64,000 bases of DNA from NCBI GenBank assembly GCA_017882125.1, contig JADGQC010000001.1:12149-76148 (forward strand). Direction: 5' to 3'. The notes under the pieces were generated by a model that was not told the origin of the DNA, made no database searches, and saw only the letters and a list, made by a program, of their open reading frames with translations. Shown piece after piece: positions 55,450 to 64,000 of this stretch. The stretch is from Anaerolineales bacterium. GTDB lineage: Bacteria > Chloroflexota > Anaerolineae > Anaerolineales > Villigracilaceae. Position 1 is the first letter of the stretch. Each line of letters starts with the position of its first letter. The position numbers and the translations under genes are program-made.

Positions 55450-56055
55450 TTACTGGTTGGATTGCTCTTCAGGAGTGACCATTAGTACGAATCCCTCCCT
55501 GCTCACGACACGTACCCGGCTGCCGGCCGGGATGGATTTCTCGCTCCGGGCACTCCACAATTCTCCAGCTACCTGCACCGAACCGTCCTCCTCGACCCGG
55601 GTCTTGGCCTGGCCGGTTTTCCCGATCAAAGTGGAAAGGTCCTGGAGGGGTCGGGCGTGAAGCGCTTGCATGCCCTTGCGCACGGCCATCCACAAAAAGC
55701 CCGCACTTAATACCGAGACCACCATGGCGACCAGCGGGTTGACGGCTGGCAGCCATCCACTGGATGGGAACAGGTACACGGAACCGATGATTACTCCCAG
55801 TAGACTTAATGCCAGGAAAAGTTCCCGCTTGGGTTTTTGGATCGAGTAGATGAATGGTACCAGGCTCAAAACGAGCACGATGAGTGCCCATACATTAAAG
55901 CCAAGATTATAAATAGCATATCCTGCCAGTGCCAACAATAAAATGGCCCCGCCCTCCATTAAATGTGTTCCTGGAGTAACGATGGCCATTAGCAGCAATA
56001 TTGATCCCAGCACCAGTAGAATGTACGCGATATTGGGGTCGAGAAGAATTTCCAT
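55450..56055 (-). CDS. NfeD-family membrane protein with C-terminal OB-fold
   Basis: 201 aa. Four hydrophobic helices and a C-terminal GKTGQAKTRVEEDGSVQVAGELWSARS...GSRVRVV. Sits immediately upstream of the stomatin gene, which is the classic pairing. Confidence 0.8.
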   Translation of the reverse strand: MEILLDPNIAYILLVLGSILLLMAIVTPGTHLMEGGAILLLALAGYAIYNLGFNVWALIVLVLSLVPFIYSIQKPKRELFLALSLLGVIIGSVYLFPSSGWLPAVNPLVAMVVSVLSAGFLWMAVRKGMQALHARPLQDLSTLIGKTGQAKTRVEEDGSVQVAGELWSARSEKSIPAGSRVRVVSREGFVLMVTPEEQSNQ

Positions 56056-56316
56056 AGCCGTTCCTTTCTGGAGACGCCAAAATGATTATACATCCATTCG
56101 GCAGACTCCCCGTCATTAGTATCTACGCTTTTGAGCATCTCATGGTTTTATGCGAAATTTGTGGGTGGAATTATCGATTTATGGAATGCAAAACGATAAT
56201 TATTACTTGACGGTGGTGAATGGACTGGGCCTATTGGTGCCCTCCAGTGGAACGAAGCGCGTATCCGGTATAATACTCTTGAGTTATTCCAAATTGAGTT
56301 TTTTCAGGAGAAATAA

Positions 56317-57324
56317 ATGAATATTGCGGGTGTGCTTAAGGGGCTGGCCAGCTTCTCATGGCTTTTAGTGGTGGGTATCATTGTCCTGGCGGTATATCGT
56401 GCCAGCCGGGCGAAACCATTAAAGGGTGCCGTCTGGATGGTGTTGGGTACGGTTATTTTTTCCCTCCTATTGACCACTGTCAGTGCTGGTCTTGTTTTCC
56501 TGCAAGCTGACCAGTATGGTATTGTGATTTCTGCCATTCAGCCCACGGGCTATCGTACCCAACCGCTGCCACCTGGTTTGCACTGGGTCGTCCCGTTCCT
56601 CGAGAATGTCCAGTCATACTCGATTGCAAAGGCGACGTACACCATGGCAACCACGACTGGTGAGGGGCAGGTGGTGGGCGATGACTCCATCCAGGCCCGC
56701 ACGAAAGACGGTCAGCAGGTATTCATCGACGCTTCGGTTATTTATTCGATTGACGCAACGCATTTGATCGATTTGCACATCTCATGGCAAAACCGGTTTG
56801 AAGATTTGGTTGTCCGTCCGGTTGTCAGGTCCGCCATCCGCGATGCCGTGTCACAATTCGGGGTTGAAGAGATCGTTAGTACCCGGCGCGCAGATCTGGA
56901 GAAAATGATCAGCGACACAATCAGCCAGGGCTTGGCTGCGAACAATTTGATGATGGATGACTTCCTGCTGCGCAATATTCGCTTTAGCGATGAGTACGCC
57001 GCCGCGGTGGAACAAAAGCAGATCGCCGAACAATTAGCCCTGCAGGCGCAATTTGTAGTAGAACAAAGAAAACAAGAGGCAGAGCAGGCCCGCCAGGTGG
57101 CCCAGGGTACGGCCGATGCGGCTGTCATATCTGCACAGGGTGCAGCACAGGCAATTCTCCTGACAGCTCAGGCTCAGGCACAAGCGAACGATGTCTTGGG
57201 GAAATCATTGACTCCCGAACTAATGACATATACCTATATTTTAAAACTAGCCCCCAATGTTCAGGTGATGTATTTGCCCAGCGGGACCCCTTTGCTTTTA
57301 CCGTCAGTGGCCCCAGCCCAATAA
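56317..57324 (+). CDS. SPFH/prohibitin (HflC/K-like) membrane protein
   Basis: 335 aa. N-terminal helices, an SPFH core (GLHWVVPF...TKDGQ...) and a coiled-coil Ala/Gln-rich C-terminus. Confidence 0.8.
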   Translation: MNIAGVLKGLASFSWLLVVGIIVLAVYRASRAKPLKGAVWMVLGTVIFSLLLTTVSAGLVFLQADQYGIVISAIQPTGYRTQPLPPGLHWVVPFLENVQSYSIAKATYTMATTTGEGQVVGDDSIQARTKDGQQVFIDASVIYSIDATHLIDLHISWQNRFEDLVVRPVVRSAIRDAVSQFGVEEIVSTRRADLEKMISDTISQGLAANNLMMDDFLLRNIRFSDEYAAAVEQKQIAEQLALQAQFVVEQRKQEAEQARQVAQGTADAAVISAQGAAQAILLTAQAQAQANDVLGKSLTPELMTYTYILKLAPNVQVMYLPSGTPLLLPSVAPAQ

Positions 57325-57339
57325 CCTTGTGAGGTTTGT

Positions 57340-58401
57340 ATGTCAGAGGTCCATCCAGCAGGACGCCAGATCCGTTTGACCAGTTATTCGAACTGCGCTG
57401 GTTGAGCATCGAAATTGAATGCGGAGACGCTGGCGCAAGTCTTGCGCCCTGTTGAAAAAATTTTCGATAACCGTAACTATCCGGACCTCCTGGTTGGTCT
57501 CGCCAAACCTGACGACGCTGCCATCTGGAGATTGGATTCGACGCGCGCCCTGGTGGTGACAACTGACTTTTTCACCCCGGTGGTGGACGATCCTTACGAT
57601 TTCGGGAGCATTGCCGCTGCAAACAGCCTGTCAGACGTATATGCCATGGGTGGACAACCCTTCCTTGCTTTGAATATCGCTGCCTTGCTGCCAGATCTTA
57701 CGCCGGAAATAAACTCGGAAATTCTACGCGGCGGAGCCGAAAAATGCCTGGAAGCCGGGGTTGTGATCGCAGGCGGGCATACTGTCCAGGATAAAGAGCC
57801 AAAATATGGATTGGTGGTGATCGGTTTTGTCGATCCGCAGAAAATGCTTACAAAGGGGGGCATGCAGCCTGGTGATGTGCTGGTAATGACCAAACCACTT
57901 GGTTTTGGTGTGACCACCACTGCACTTAAGCAGGAAAAAGCTGCCCCTGAAGACGTTGCCGAGGTGGTGGGTTGGATGAAAAAACTGAACCGGGCTGCAG
58001 GCGCGTTGGCGCTGGAATTTGGTCTGCACGCAGCCACCGATGTAACCGGGTTCGGACTGCTGGGTCATGCTGGTGAAATGGCCGCGGCCTCGGGGGTAGG
58101 TATCCAGTTTTACCTGGAGAATATCCCCTTCGTTTCAGGGGCCCTAAAATATGCCCAATTGCGGACCTTCCCTGGCGGAGCTTCGGACAACCGCTATTAT
58201 TTCGGGCCGCGTGTCAATTTTACAGAAGACATACCTGACGAAAAACAAATGCTCTTGTTCGATCCTCAGACGAGCGGCGGGCTGTTGATGGCGGTCCCTC
58301 GATCCATCCAGGAGTCCTTTTTGAAAAGAGCAAAAGAAATTGATCTGCCTGCTTGGGTGGTTGGTAATGCGATTGAAGGAGAAGGTATCCGCGTGGTTTA
58401 A
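57340..58401 (+). CDS. selD: Selenide, water dikinase (selenophosphate synthetase) with in-frame UGA (selenocysteine) at 57403..57405
   Basis: The track ORF starts at TTG 57415. In-frame upstream, ATG 57340 (GAGG Shine-Dalgarno sequence 5 nt upstream) reads MSEVHPAGRQIRLTSYSNCAG-TGA-ASKLNAETL, matching the SelD N-terminal LTxYSxxAG(C/U)xxK loop. The downstream AIR-synthase-like body reads DDAAIW...TTDFFTPVVDDPYDFG. Confidence 0.8.
57432..57448 (+). promoter_or_regulatory. Candidate SECIS hairpin downstream of the selD UGA
   Basis: ggcgcaag-t-cttgcgcc (effectively a 6-bp stem with apical loop AGUCU containing GU) starts 27 nt after the UGA. This is within, but near the edge of, the distance range used for bacterial SECIS models. 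Confidence 0.35.
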
Positions 58402-58421
58402 CCCGTTCAAAGGTAATCCCT

Positions 58422-59717
58422 ATGGAAATTGGAATCCGGATCCTGATAGTTTTTTTGCTTATCCTTCTGAGCGGCTTCTTCTCGATGTCGGAGGCTGCCA
58501 TCTTTGCTGCACGCAAATCGCGCTTGCAGCATCGCGCCAATGAGGGCGATGAAGGCGCCCGGCGCGCCCTTGACCTTTCAGGAACACCCAATCGATTTCT
58601 GCCCACTGTCACAATTGGAATTACCCTGGTTGGTATTCTAAACGGAGCGATTGGTGGTCCCCCAATTGCTAATGTACTGGCGCTACAAATGAATAAGATC
58701 CCCGCGCTTATCCCTTATTCACAATCCCTTTCGCTTATCCTGGTCGTCATCGTGCTGACCTTTGTCTCCATGTTGTTTGGGGAATTGGTGCCAAAACGAA
58801 TAGCCCTATACAATTCAGATAAGATTGCCGGGGGGATTGCTGGTTTCATGGGCTTTGTCTCCGCTGTCCTGTACCCGGCTGTCTGGTTGTTGGGGAAATC
58901 AACTGATGCGATGCTGCATCTCCTGCGCATAAAACATACGGATCCACCTCCCGTGACGGAAGAAGAATTGCTTGTTCAACTTAATGAAGGCACCCAGGCT
59001 GGCGTATTCGAAGAGGCGGAACAGGATATGGTGGAAGGTGTCTTTTCGCTTTCCGACCAGCGGGTGAATGCCCTTATGACACCCCGCAGCGAAATTATTT
59101 GGCTGGATGTCAACGATACCCCCGAGGAAATTCGCCGGAAGGTGAAAGACTGCCCGTTCTCACGTTTTCCCGTGGGCGATGACAGTTTGGATAATATTGT
59201 GGGGGTTGTTAAGGCCAAGGAGCTGCTCCTTACTGATCTTAAAAATGGCAGGCAGCTTATCGAAATTTCACGTCCGCCGCTTTACGTCCCTGAAACCGCT
59301 TTCGGGTCGCGCGCCCTGGAAATCTTGAAAGAAGCCAAGCGTGAAATGGTCCTGGTGGTGGATGAATTCGGCGTGGTCCAGGGCTTGTTGACCTACGCAG
59401 ACATAATCGAAGAAATCGTGGGGGCTTTTGAGGGTGAACCGCAGGCAACCCAGCGGCAGGATGGTTCCTGGTTGCTGGATGGGATGCTTCCGAACGATGA
59501 GTTCAAGGAAATCTTTAACCTGCGCCGTCTGCCTGACGAGGAAGAATACGAAACCCTGGGCGGGTTTGTCATGCTTCAATTGGGGCGCATTCCTCAGGCT
59601 GCCGACCTTTTTGAATGGAACGGTTTAAGCTTCGAAGTGATGGATATGCACGGCAAGCGTGTCGATAAGATCCTGGTAACGAACGTGCTTCCTAAAACCC
59701 CCGCACCGGAGAAATAA
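58422..59717 (+). CDS. CorC/HlyC (TlyC) family protein: DUF21 membrane domain, CBS pair, CorC_HlyC C-terminal domain
   Basis: 431 aa. The N-terminal helices contain FFSMSEAA, followed by a CBS pair and a C-terminal transporter-associated domain. Confidence 0.85.
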   Translation: MEIGIRILIVFLLILLSGFFSMSEAAIFAARKSRLQHRANEGDEGARRALDLSGTPNRFLPTVTIGITLVGILNGAIGGPPIANVLALQMNKIPALIPYSQSLSLILVVIVLTFVSMLFGELVPKRIALYNSDKIAGGIAGFMGFVSAVLYPAVWLLGKSTDAMLHLLRIKHTDPPPVTEEELLVQLNEGTQAGVFEEAEQDMVEGVFSLSDQRVNALMTPRSEIIWLDVNDTPEEIRRKVKDCPFSRFPVGDDSLDNIVGVVKAKELLLTDLKNGRQLIEISRPPLYVPETAFGSRALEILKEAKREMVLVVDEFGVVQGLLTYADIIEEIVGAFEGEPQATQRQDGSWLLDGMLPNDEFKEIFNLRRLPDEEEYETLGGFVMLQLGRIPQAADLFEWNGLSFEVMDMHGKRVDKILVTNVLPKTPAPEK

Positions 59718-59787
59718 CCTGGCCAACTCCTTTGACCTGCAACCGGACTTCCCCTCCCGGAGATCGCCAGTTTACGGGCGAGGTGGG

Positions 59788-61389
59788 ATGGTGGCTTCCT
59801 CCCAACCGCTGGCAACCGCCGCTGGTGTTGAAATTCTCTTCGGGGGCGGCAATGCTGCTGACGCGGCTGTAGCGACTGCCGCTGCCCTGAATGTCACCGA
59901 ACCCACCTCTACCGGGTTGGGCGGGGACATGTTTGCCATGTTCTATGAAGCAAAAACCGGCCAGGTAACCGCCCTGAACGGCTCCGGACGCTCCCCTGCT
60001 GCCCTCACGTTGGACCTTCTAAGGGATACTGCAGTAGTATTAGACGAGGACTCACTCCCCCCTTACCACCCTTTAACAATCACCATCCCCGGGGCCTGTG
60101 CAGGTTGGTGCGATCTGATCGAGCGTCACGGCACTATGAGCTTGTCAGACGTTTTTGCTCCGGCAATCCATCTGGCAGAAACAGGGTTCCCGGTTGCCCC
60201 GATAACGTCCCATTTTTGGCAGCGGGGTGCCGAGCGGCAGTTGAGGACCTCTTTGAATGGTATCGAAATGACCATCGACGGGCGCGGCCCGAACCCTGGT
60301 GAGCTATTTTGCAATCCCGCCCTTGCGCGCACCTTAAGAACGATTGCAGAGGGTGGAAAGAAGGCTTATTACGAAGGGGAAATCGCCCAGGCAATCGCAA
60401 CCACTATCCAGGCGGCAGGTGGCTGCCTAACCCAGGCTGATTTGGCAGCTCACGTCAGCACCTGGGATGAACCGGTTTCCACCACCTACGGCGGGCTGCG
60501 TTTGTGGGAATGCCCACCCAACGGTCAGGGGATCACCGCCCTGCTTGCCCTGAATCTCCTCGAAGGGTTTGACTTGCCCTCCGACCCGCTCTCTCCCGAC
60601 CGTCTGCACCTGGAGATAGAGGCACTTCGACTCGCTTTTATCGACACCAGTTGGTATGTCGCCGACCCGCGGCATCACGCAACTTCCGAAGAATATAAGA
60701 CTTCTGATGTCTATCCTGCCCTGGTTTCAAAAGAGTATGCTGCGGCACGCCGGAAACTAATCGATCCCAAAAAGGCCACTCTTGACCAGAAGCGCGGCAG
60801 TCCCCTTGCCGGCTCCGACACGGTTTATTTTTGCGTGGTGGATCAGTGGGGAAACGCCTGCTCGTTTATTAATAGCAATTATATGGGTTTCGGCACGGGA
60901 ATTGTGCCGCATGGATGGGGCTTCACGCTTCAGAACCGTGGTCACAATTTCAACCTGGAACCGGGACATCCGAACGCGCTGGCACCCGGGAAACGCCCGT
61001 ACCATACCATCATCCCGGCTTTGATCACACGCCAGGCGGATGGTTCCCTCTTTGGCCCGCTGGGCGTGATGGGTGGCTTTATGCAGCCGCAGGGACACTT
61101 GCAAGTTTTTCTTGCCCTCGCGCAGGGCCTTGACCCTCAATCTGCGTTGGATATGCCGCGCTTCTGCATAAAGGATGGGGTTTCTGGCGGGGAGGTCGAA
61201 TTGGAGCAGGGAATTCCTCCACAGACGATTGCTGAGTTGGCACGCCGCGGTCACCCGGTCCGGGAGGTGACTGGCTGGGACCGGGCGGAGTTCGGCCGCG
61301 GACAGGTCATCCTGCGCGACCCTCGCACGGGCGTCTTGACCGGTGGATCGGACTCGCGTGCAGATGGCTGCGCGATGACATTGACATGA
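59788..61389 (+). CDS. ggt: Gamma-glutamyltransferase family protein (cytoplasmic YwrD-like type); the true start may be CTG 59719
   Basis: 533 aa. GMVASSQPLA..., GGDMF, and the autoprocessing site GSDTVYFCVVD (Thr nucleophile). The reading frame is open upstream and encodes a family-like ANSFDLQPDFPSRRSPVYGRGG. Confidence 0.85.
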   Translation: MVASSQPLATAAGVEILFGGGNAADAAVATAAALNVTEPTSTGLGGDMFAMFYEAKTGQVTALNGSGRSPAALTLDLLRDTAVVLDEDSLPPYHPLTITIPGACAGWCDLIERHGTMSLSDVFAPAIHLAETGFPVAPITSHFWQRGAERQLRTSLNGIEMTIDGRGPNPGELFCNPALARTLRTIAEGGKKAYYEGEIAQAIATTIQAAGGCLTQADLAAHVSTWDEPVSTTYGGLRLWECPPNGQGITALLALNLLEGFDLPSDPLSPDRLHLEIEALRLAFIDTSWYVADPRHHATSEEYKTSDVYPALVSKEYAAARRKLIDPKKATLDQKRGSPLAGSDTVYFCVVDQWGNACSFINSNYMGFGTGIVPHGWGFTLQNRGHNFNLEPGHPNALAPGKRPYHTIIPALITRQADGSLFGPLGVMGGFMQPQGHLQVFLALAQGLDPQSALDMPRFCIKDGVSGGEVELEQGIPPQTIAELARRGHPVREVTGWDRAEFGRGQVILRDPRTGVLTGGSDSRADGCAMTLT

Positions 61390-61568
61390 CATATCTTAAA
61401 GTTTATCAGTGGGTTTTCGGGAGATAAATATCATAAATTTATCGATTTGCACAATTCACCAATATACTTAAGCTGAATTTAAGAATATAATATTAGTGCC
61501 TATTTATTCCAACAAATCCAAATACATTAAAGGATGAATTCATGCTAATCTGTTTATGATTTTTAAGG

Positions 61569-62240
61569 ATGTCTTTTCCGGTCATCGGAAAGTTCGGATC
61601 GGGCGTCATTATTTTTCTTTATATAAGGAAATACATTCCAGAAAGAAGCGGCGTGGTGGAAAATCAATCTGGATTGCCAAACCAGGGGAATAAAAAGGTG
61701 AATTTAATCCTCACCTATATTAAAAAACCTTTTGTTCAAATTGGTTTGGGAGTTGTCTTACTTGTTTTGATGGCTGGCGCGATCTTAGCCGTCCGTCAGA
61801 CACAACTCCAGCTCCCTCAACCCATCCAGTTCCCGCATGACAAGCACGTATCCCTTGGGGTTCCGTGCTTGTATTGCCACCCTGGAGCCTTGCGGGGACA
61901 ATCTCCCGGGCTGCCCACCGTTTCCAAGTGTTATGGCTGTCACCAAGATATCGCCAAAACCAGTCCCGAATTGGATAAATTGACGGCGTACGTTAATGGC
62001 AACGAATCCATTGCGTGGGTACCGGTGGCGCTTCTCCCGGATTTTGTCTACTACAGCCATCGTCCGCATATTGCAGCCGGTCTCAACTGCGAGAACTGTC
62101 ACGCTGAGGTCGGGAAGATGACGGTTGCTGAGCCGCAAAAAATGAATATGGGTTGGTGTTTGGGTTGTCACCGTACACGCTTCAAGAATGACCCGGCGAT
62201 GTTGACCAAACTGACAGATTGCGTCACTTGCCATAAATGA
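61569..62240 (+). CDS. actA: Pentaheme c-type cytochrome, ActA-like subunit of alternative complex III
   Basis: Five CxxCH motifs (CLYCH, CYGCH, CENCH, CLGCH, CVTCH) after one TM helix. An internal GTG at 61698 may be the real start. Confidence 0.6.
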   Translation: MSFPVIGKFGSGVIIFLYIRKYIPERSGVVENQSGLPNQGNKKVNLILTYIKKPFVQIGLGVVLLVLMAGAILAVRQTQLQLPQPIQFPHDKHVSLGVPCLYCHPGALRGQSPGLPTVSKCYGCHQDIAKTSPELDKLTAYVNGNESIAWVPVALLPDFVYYSHRPHIAAGLNCENCHAEVGKMTVAEPQKMNMGWCLGCHRTRFKNDPAMLTKLTDCVTCHK

Positions 62241-62262
62241 CCGCGCACGAAAGGAACGAAGC

Positions 62263-64000
62263 ATGAGCAGTCAACTATCCCGGCGCGATTTTCTTAAAAT
62301 CACTGGCGCAGGAATTGCCGCAACCATCCTCACTGGATGCGGTCCACTTTCCCGTTACGTCACCCGCCAGCCTTATTACCAGATGCCGGAATACACCTAC
62401 AACGGTCTTAGCACTTATTACGCCACAGCCTGCCGGGAGTGCCCCGCGGGTTGCGGGACGATTGTTCGCACCATGCAGGGACGGGCTATAAAAATCGAAG
62501 GCAACCCGAACCATCCCGTCAACATGGGCAAGACTTGTGCACGCGGTCAAACGGCATTGCAGGGTCTTTATAACCCCGACCGCATCCAACACCCGGTCAA
62601 ACGTTCTCAGCGCGGGAGCGAGGTCCAAACCCAAATAAACTGGGATGAAGCAATAGCGTTGACAAGTGACGCCTTAACTACGAACCGTCCGGAAGAAATC
62701 GCCTTCCTGTTTGGTCTCAATTCAGACCACCTGGCCGATCTCATTACCGAGATAACCACCACCCTTGGCGCAAAACCCCCTCTGCGTTACGGTGCGTTCG
62801 AGACCTTTGAAGCCCGTGCTACGTTGGCGCAGGCTGCGGTCCAGGTTTTTGGGATCTCTGCAATTCCTTCTTTTGATCTCACCAATGCCGATGTGACCTT
62901 CTCCTTCGGTGCCAATTTTCTTGAGACTTATCTTTCCCCTGTGGCATTTGGCCGCGGGTTTTCCTCGATGCGCCAGGGTCATACTGGAAAACGTGGGTAC
63001 CTTGTGCAGTTCGAGCCGCGCATGTCGCAGACCGCGGCTGTCGCAGATGAATGGATCCCCGTGGTACCAGGCACGCAGGGATTGGTGGCGCTTGCCATCG
63101 GGCGGTTGATTGCGGAAGCAGCGGGTGGATTGATCCCCGCCGCTTACCAGGATGTGGACGTACCTGGAATTGTGACGACCTCGGGTGTAAGCGATCCTGA
63201 CCTGCGCCGCCTTGCTCAACTCTTTTCTGCCGCAGTTCATCCCCTCGCCATTCCAGGCGGTTCAGCTCTTGCAGTAAGTAACGGTTTGGAGGCTGGGCAG
63301 GCGATCCTCACCTTGAATACCCTTGTGGATAATCTCGGTCAACCCGGAGGGGTCTTCCTGGCTCCCGAACTGCCGGTCCATGCGGAGAATCCCAAAATAC
63401 CAAACACATTTTCAGACATCCAGGACCTGGTCAAGCGGATGAATAGTGGCAGTCTCAAGGTCCTTTTCATCCATGGAGTTAACCCAGTCTTTGAACTCCC
63501 GGCTTCCCTCGGCTTTTTTCAGGCTCTGGGTAAGGTCCCAATGGTGATTTCCTTTTCATCTTATCCGGACGAGACTGCCTTGCAAGCTGATTATGTCTTT
63601 CCGGATCACACCGGCCTCGAATCCTGGGGCTACCAGAAAATCCTGACCGGTGCCGATCGGCCTGCCATTTCAGGGCTTCAGCCAGTGGTAGCTCCGCTCT
63701 ACGATACCCGTGCGACTGCAGACGTTTTCCTGGCGGCGGTCCAGGGAATTGGCGGTGATCTCGCAACCGCCGTCCCTTATACGGATGAGGTTGAGTTCTT
63801 GCAGGATTCCCTTGGCAATCTTGTAACGGAGAAAGGTTTTTTCAACGCGCAGGATATTTCATCTTTTTGGGAATTGTGGCTGCAAAATGGAGGTTGGTGG
63901 AACGAAGCGCCTGGGTTGGGCAGCCCGGCCGCCCAAAATGCCCTGGCGAAAAGCCTTTCTCAGTCTGCACCTGAATACGACGGTCAGGGCGATTATTATC
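62263..64000 (+). CDS. actB: ActB-like molybdopterin-oxidoreductase-family subunit (Tat signal, N-terminal 4Fe-4S motif), 3' end outside the window
   Basis: Not in the ORF track because it has no stop in the window. Hand translation from ATG 62263 gives MSSQLSRRDFLKITGAGIAATILTGC...ATACRECPAGCGTIVRT...GKTCARGQ, and the frame stays open to 64000. Confidence 0.6.
   Translation, partial: MSSQLSRRDFLKITGAGIAATILTGCGPLSRYVTRQPYYQMPEYTYNGLSTYYATACRECPAGCGTIVRTMQGRAIKIEGNPNHPVNMGKTCARGQTALQGLYNPDRIQHPVKRSQRGSEVQTQINWDEAIALTSDALTTNRPEEIAFLFGLNSDHLADLITEITTTLGAKPPLRYGAFETFEARATLAQAAVQVFGISAIPSFDLTNADVTFSFGANFLETYLSPVAFGRGFSSMRQGHTGKRGYLVQFEPRMSQTAAVADEWIPVVPGTQGLVALAIGRLIAEAAGGLIPAAYQDVDVPGIVTTSGVSDPDLRRLAQLFSAAVHPLAIPGGSALAVSNGLEAGQAILTLNTLVDNLGQPGGVFLAPELPVHAENPKIPNTFSDIQDLVKRMNSGSLKVLFIHGVNPVFELPASLGFFQALGKVPMVISFSSYPDETALQADYVFPDHTGLESWGYQKILTGADRPAISGLQPVVAPLYDTRATADVFLAAVQGIGGDLATAVPYTDEVEFLQDSLGNLVTEKGFFNAQDISSFWELWLQNGGWWNEAPGLGSPAAQNALAKSLSQSAPEYDGQGDYY

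Overview
This 64-kb window looks like a chromosomal, mostly housekeeping segment. I call about 70 protein-coding genes, 2 tRNAs (Arg-UCU, Ser-CGA) and several clear hairpin terminators. I found no rRNA, transposase, integrase or CRISPR array. Gene content suggests a Chloroflexota/Anaerolineae-like bacterium: an alternative complex III start, Thr/Pro-rich linkers on secreted proteins and many TAATG/ATGA-coupled operons. That taxonomic guess is inference only.

The main points, in rough order of interest:

- **Selenium use.** selD carries an in-frame TGA at the catalytic Cys/Sec position, so the ORF track truncates it. At the other end of the window, a xanthine-dehydrogenase-family operon is linked to YqeB- and YqeC-like selenium-dependent molybdenum hydroxylase maturation genes. 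That operon also has an unusual fused FAD/2Fe-2S subunit and embedded membrane proteins.
- **Two prolyl-tRNA synthetases.** A bacterial-type and an archaeal/eukaryote-like ProRS sit in tandem.
- **MtaD-CYTH fusion.** An MtaD-like amidohydrolase is fused to a CyaB/CYTH-like domain.
- **Disrupted lipoprotein genes.** Two are broken immediately after the lipobox, one by a 7-bp tandem duplication and one by an in-frame TAA. A third lipoprotein gene looks shortened.
- **Unknown operon.** A translationally coupled two-gene operon of unknown function lies next to tRNA-Arg.
- **alaS...ruvX-mltG neighbourhood.** An inserted membrane protein may be expressed from a leaderless transcript.

I did not recognise a defence system or mobile element. 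All functional calls come from motif recognition by eye, not database searches.
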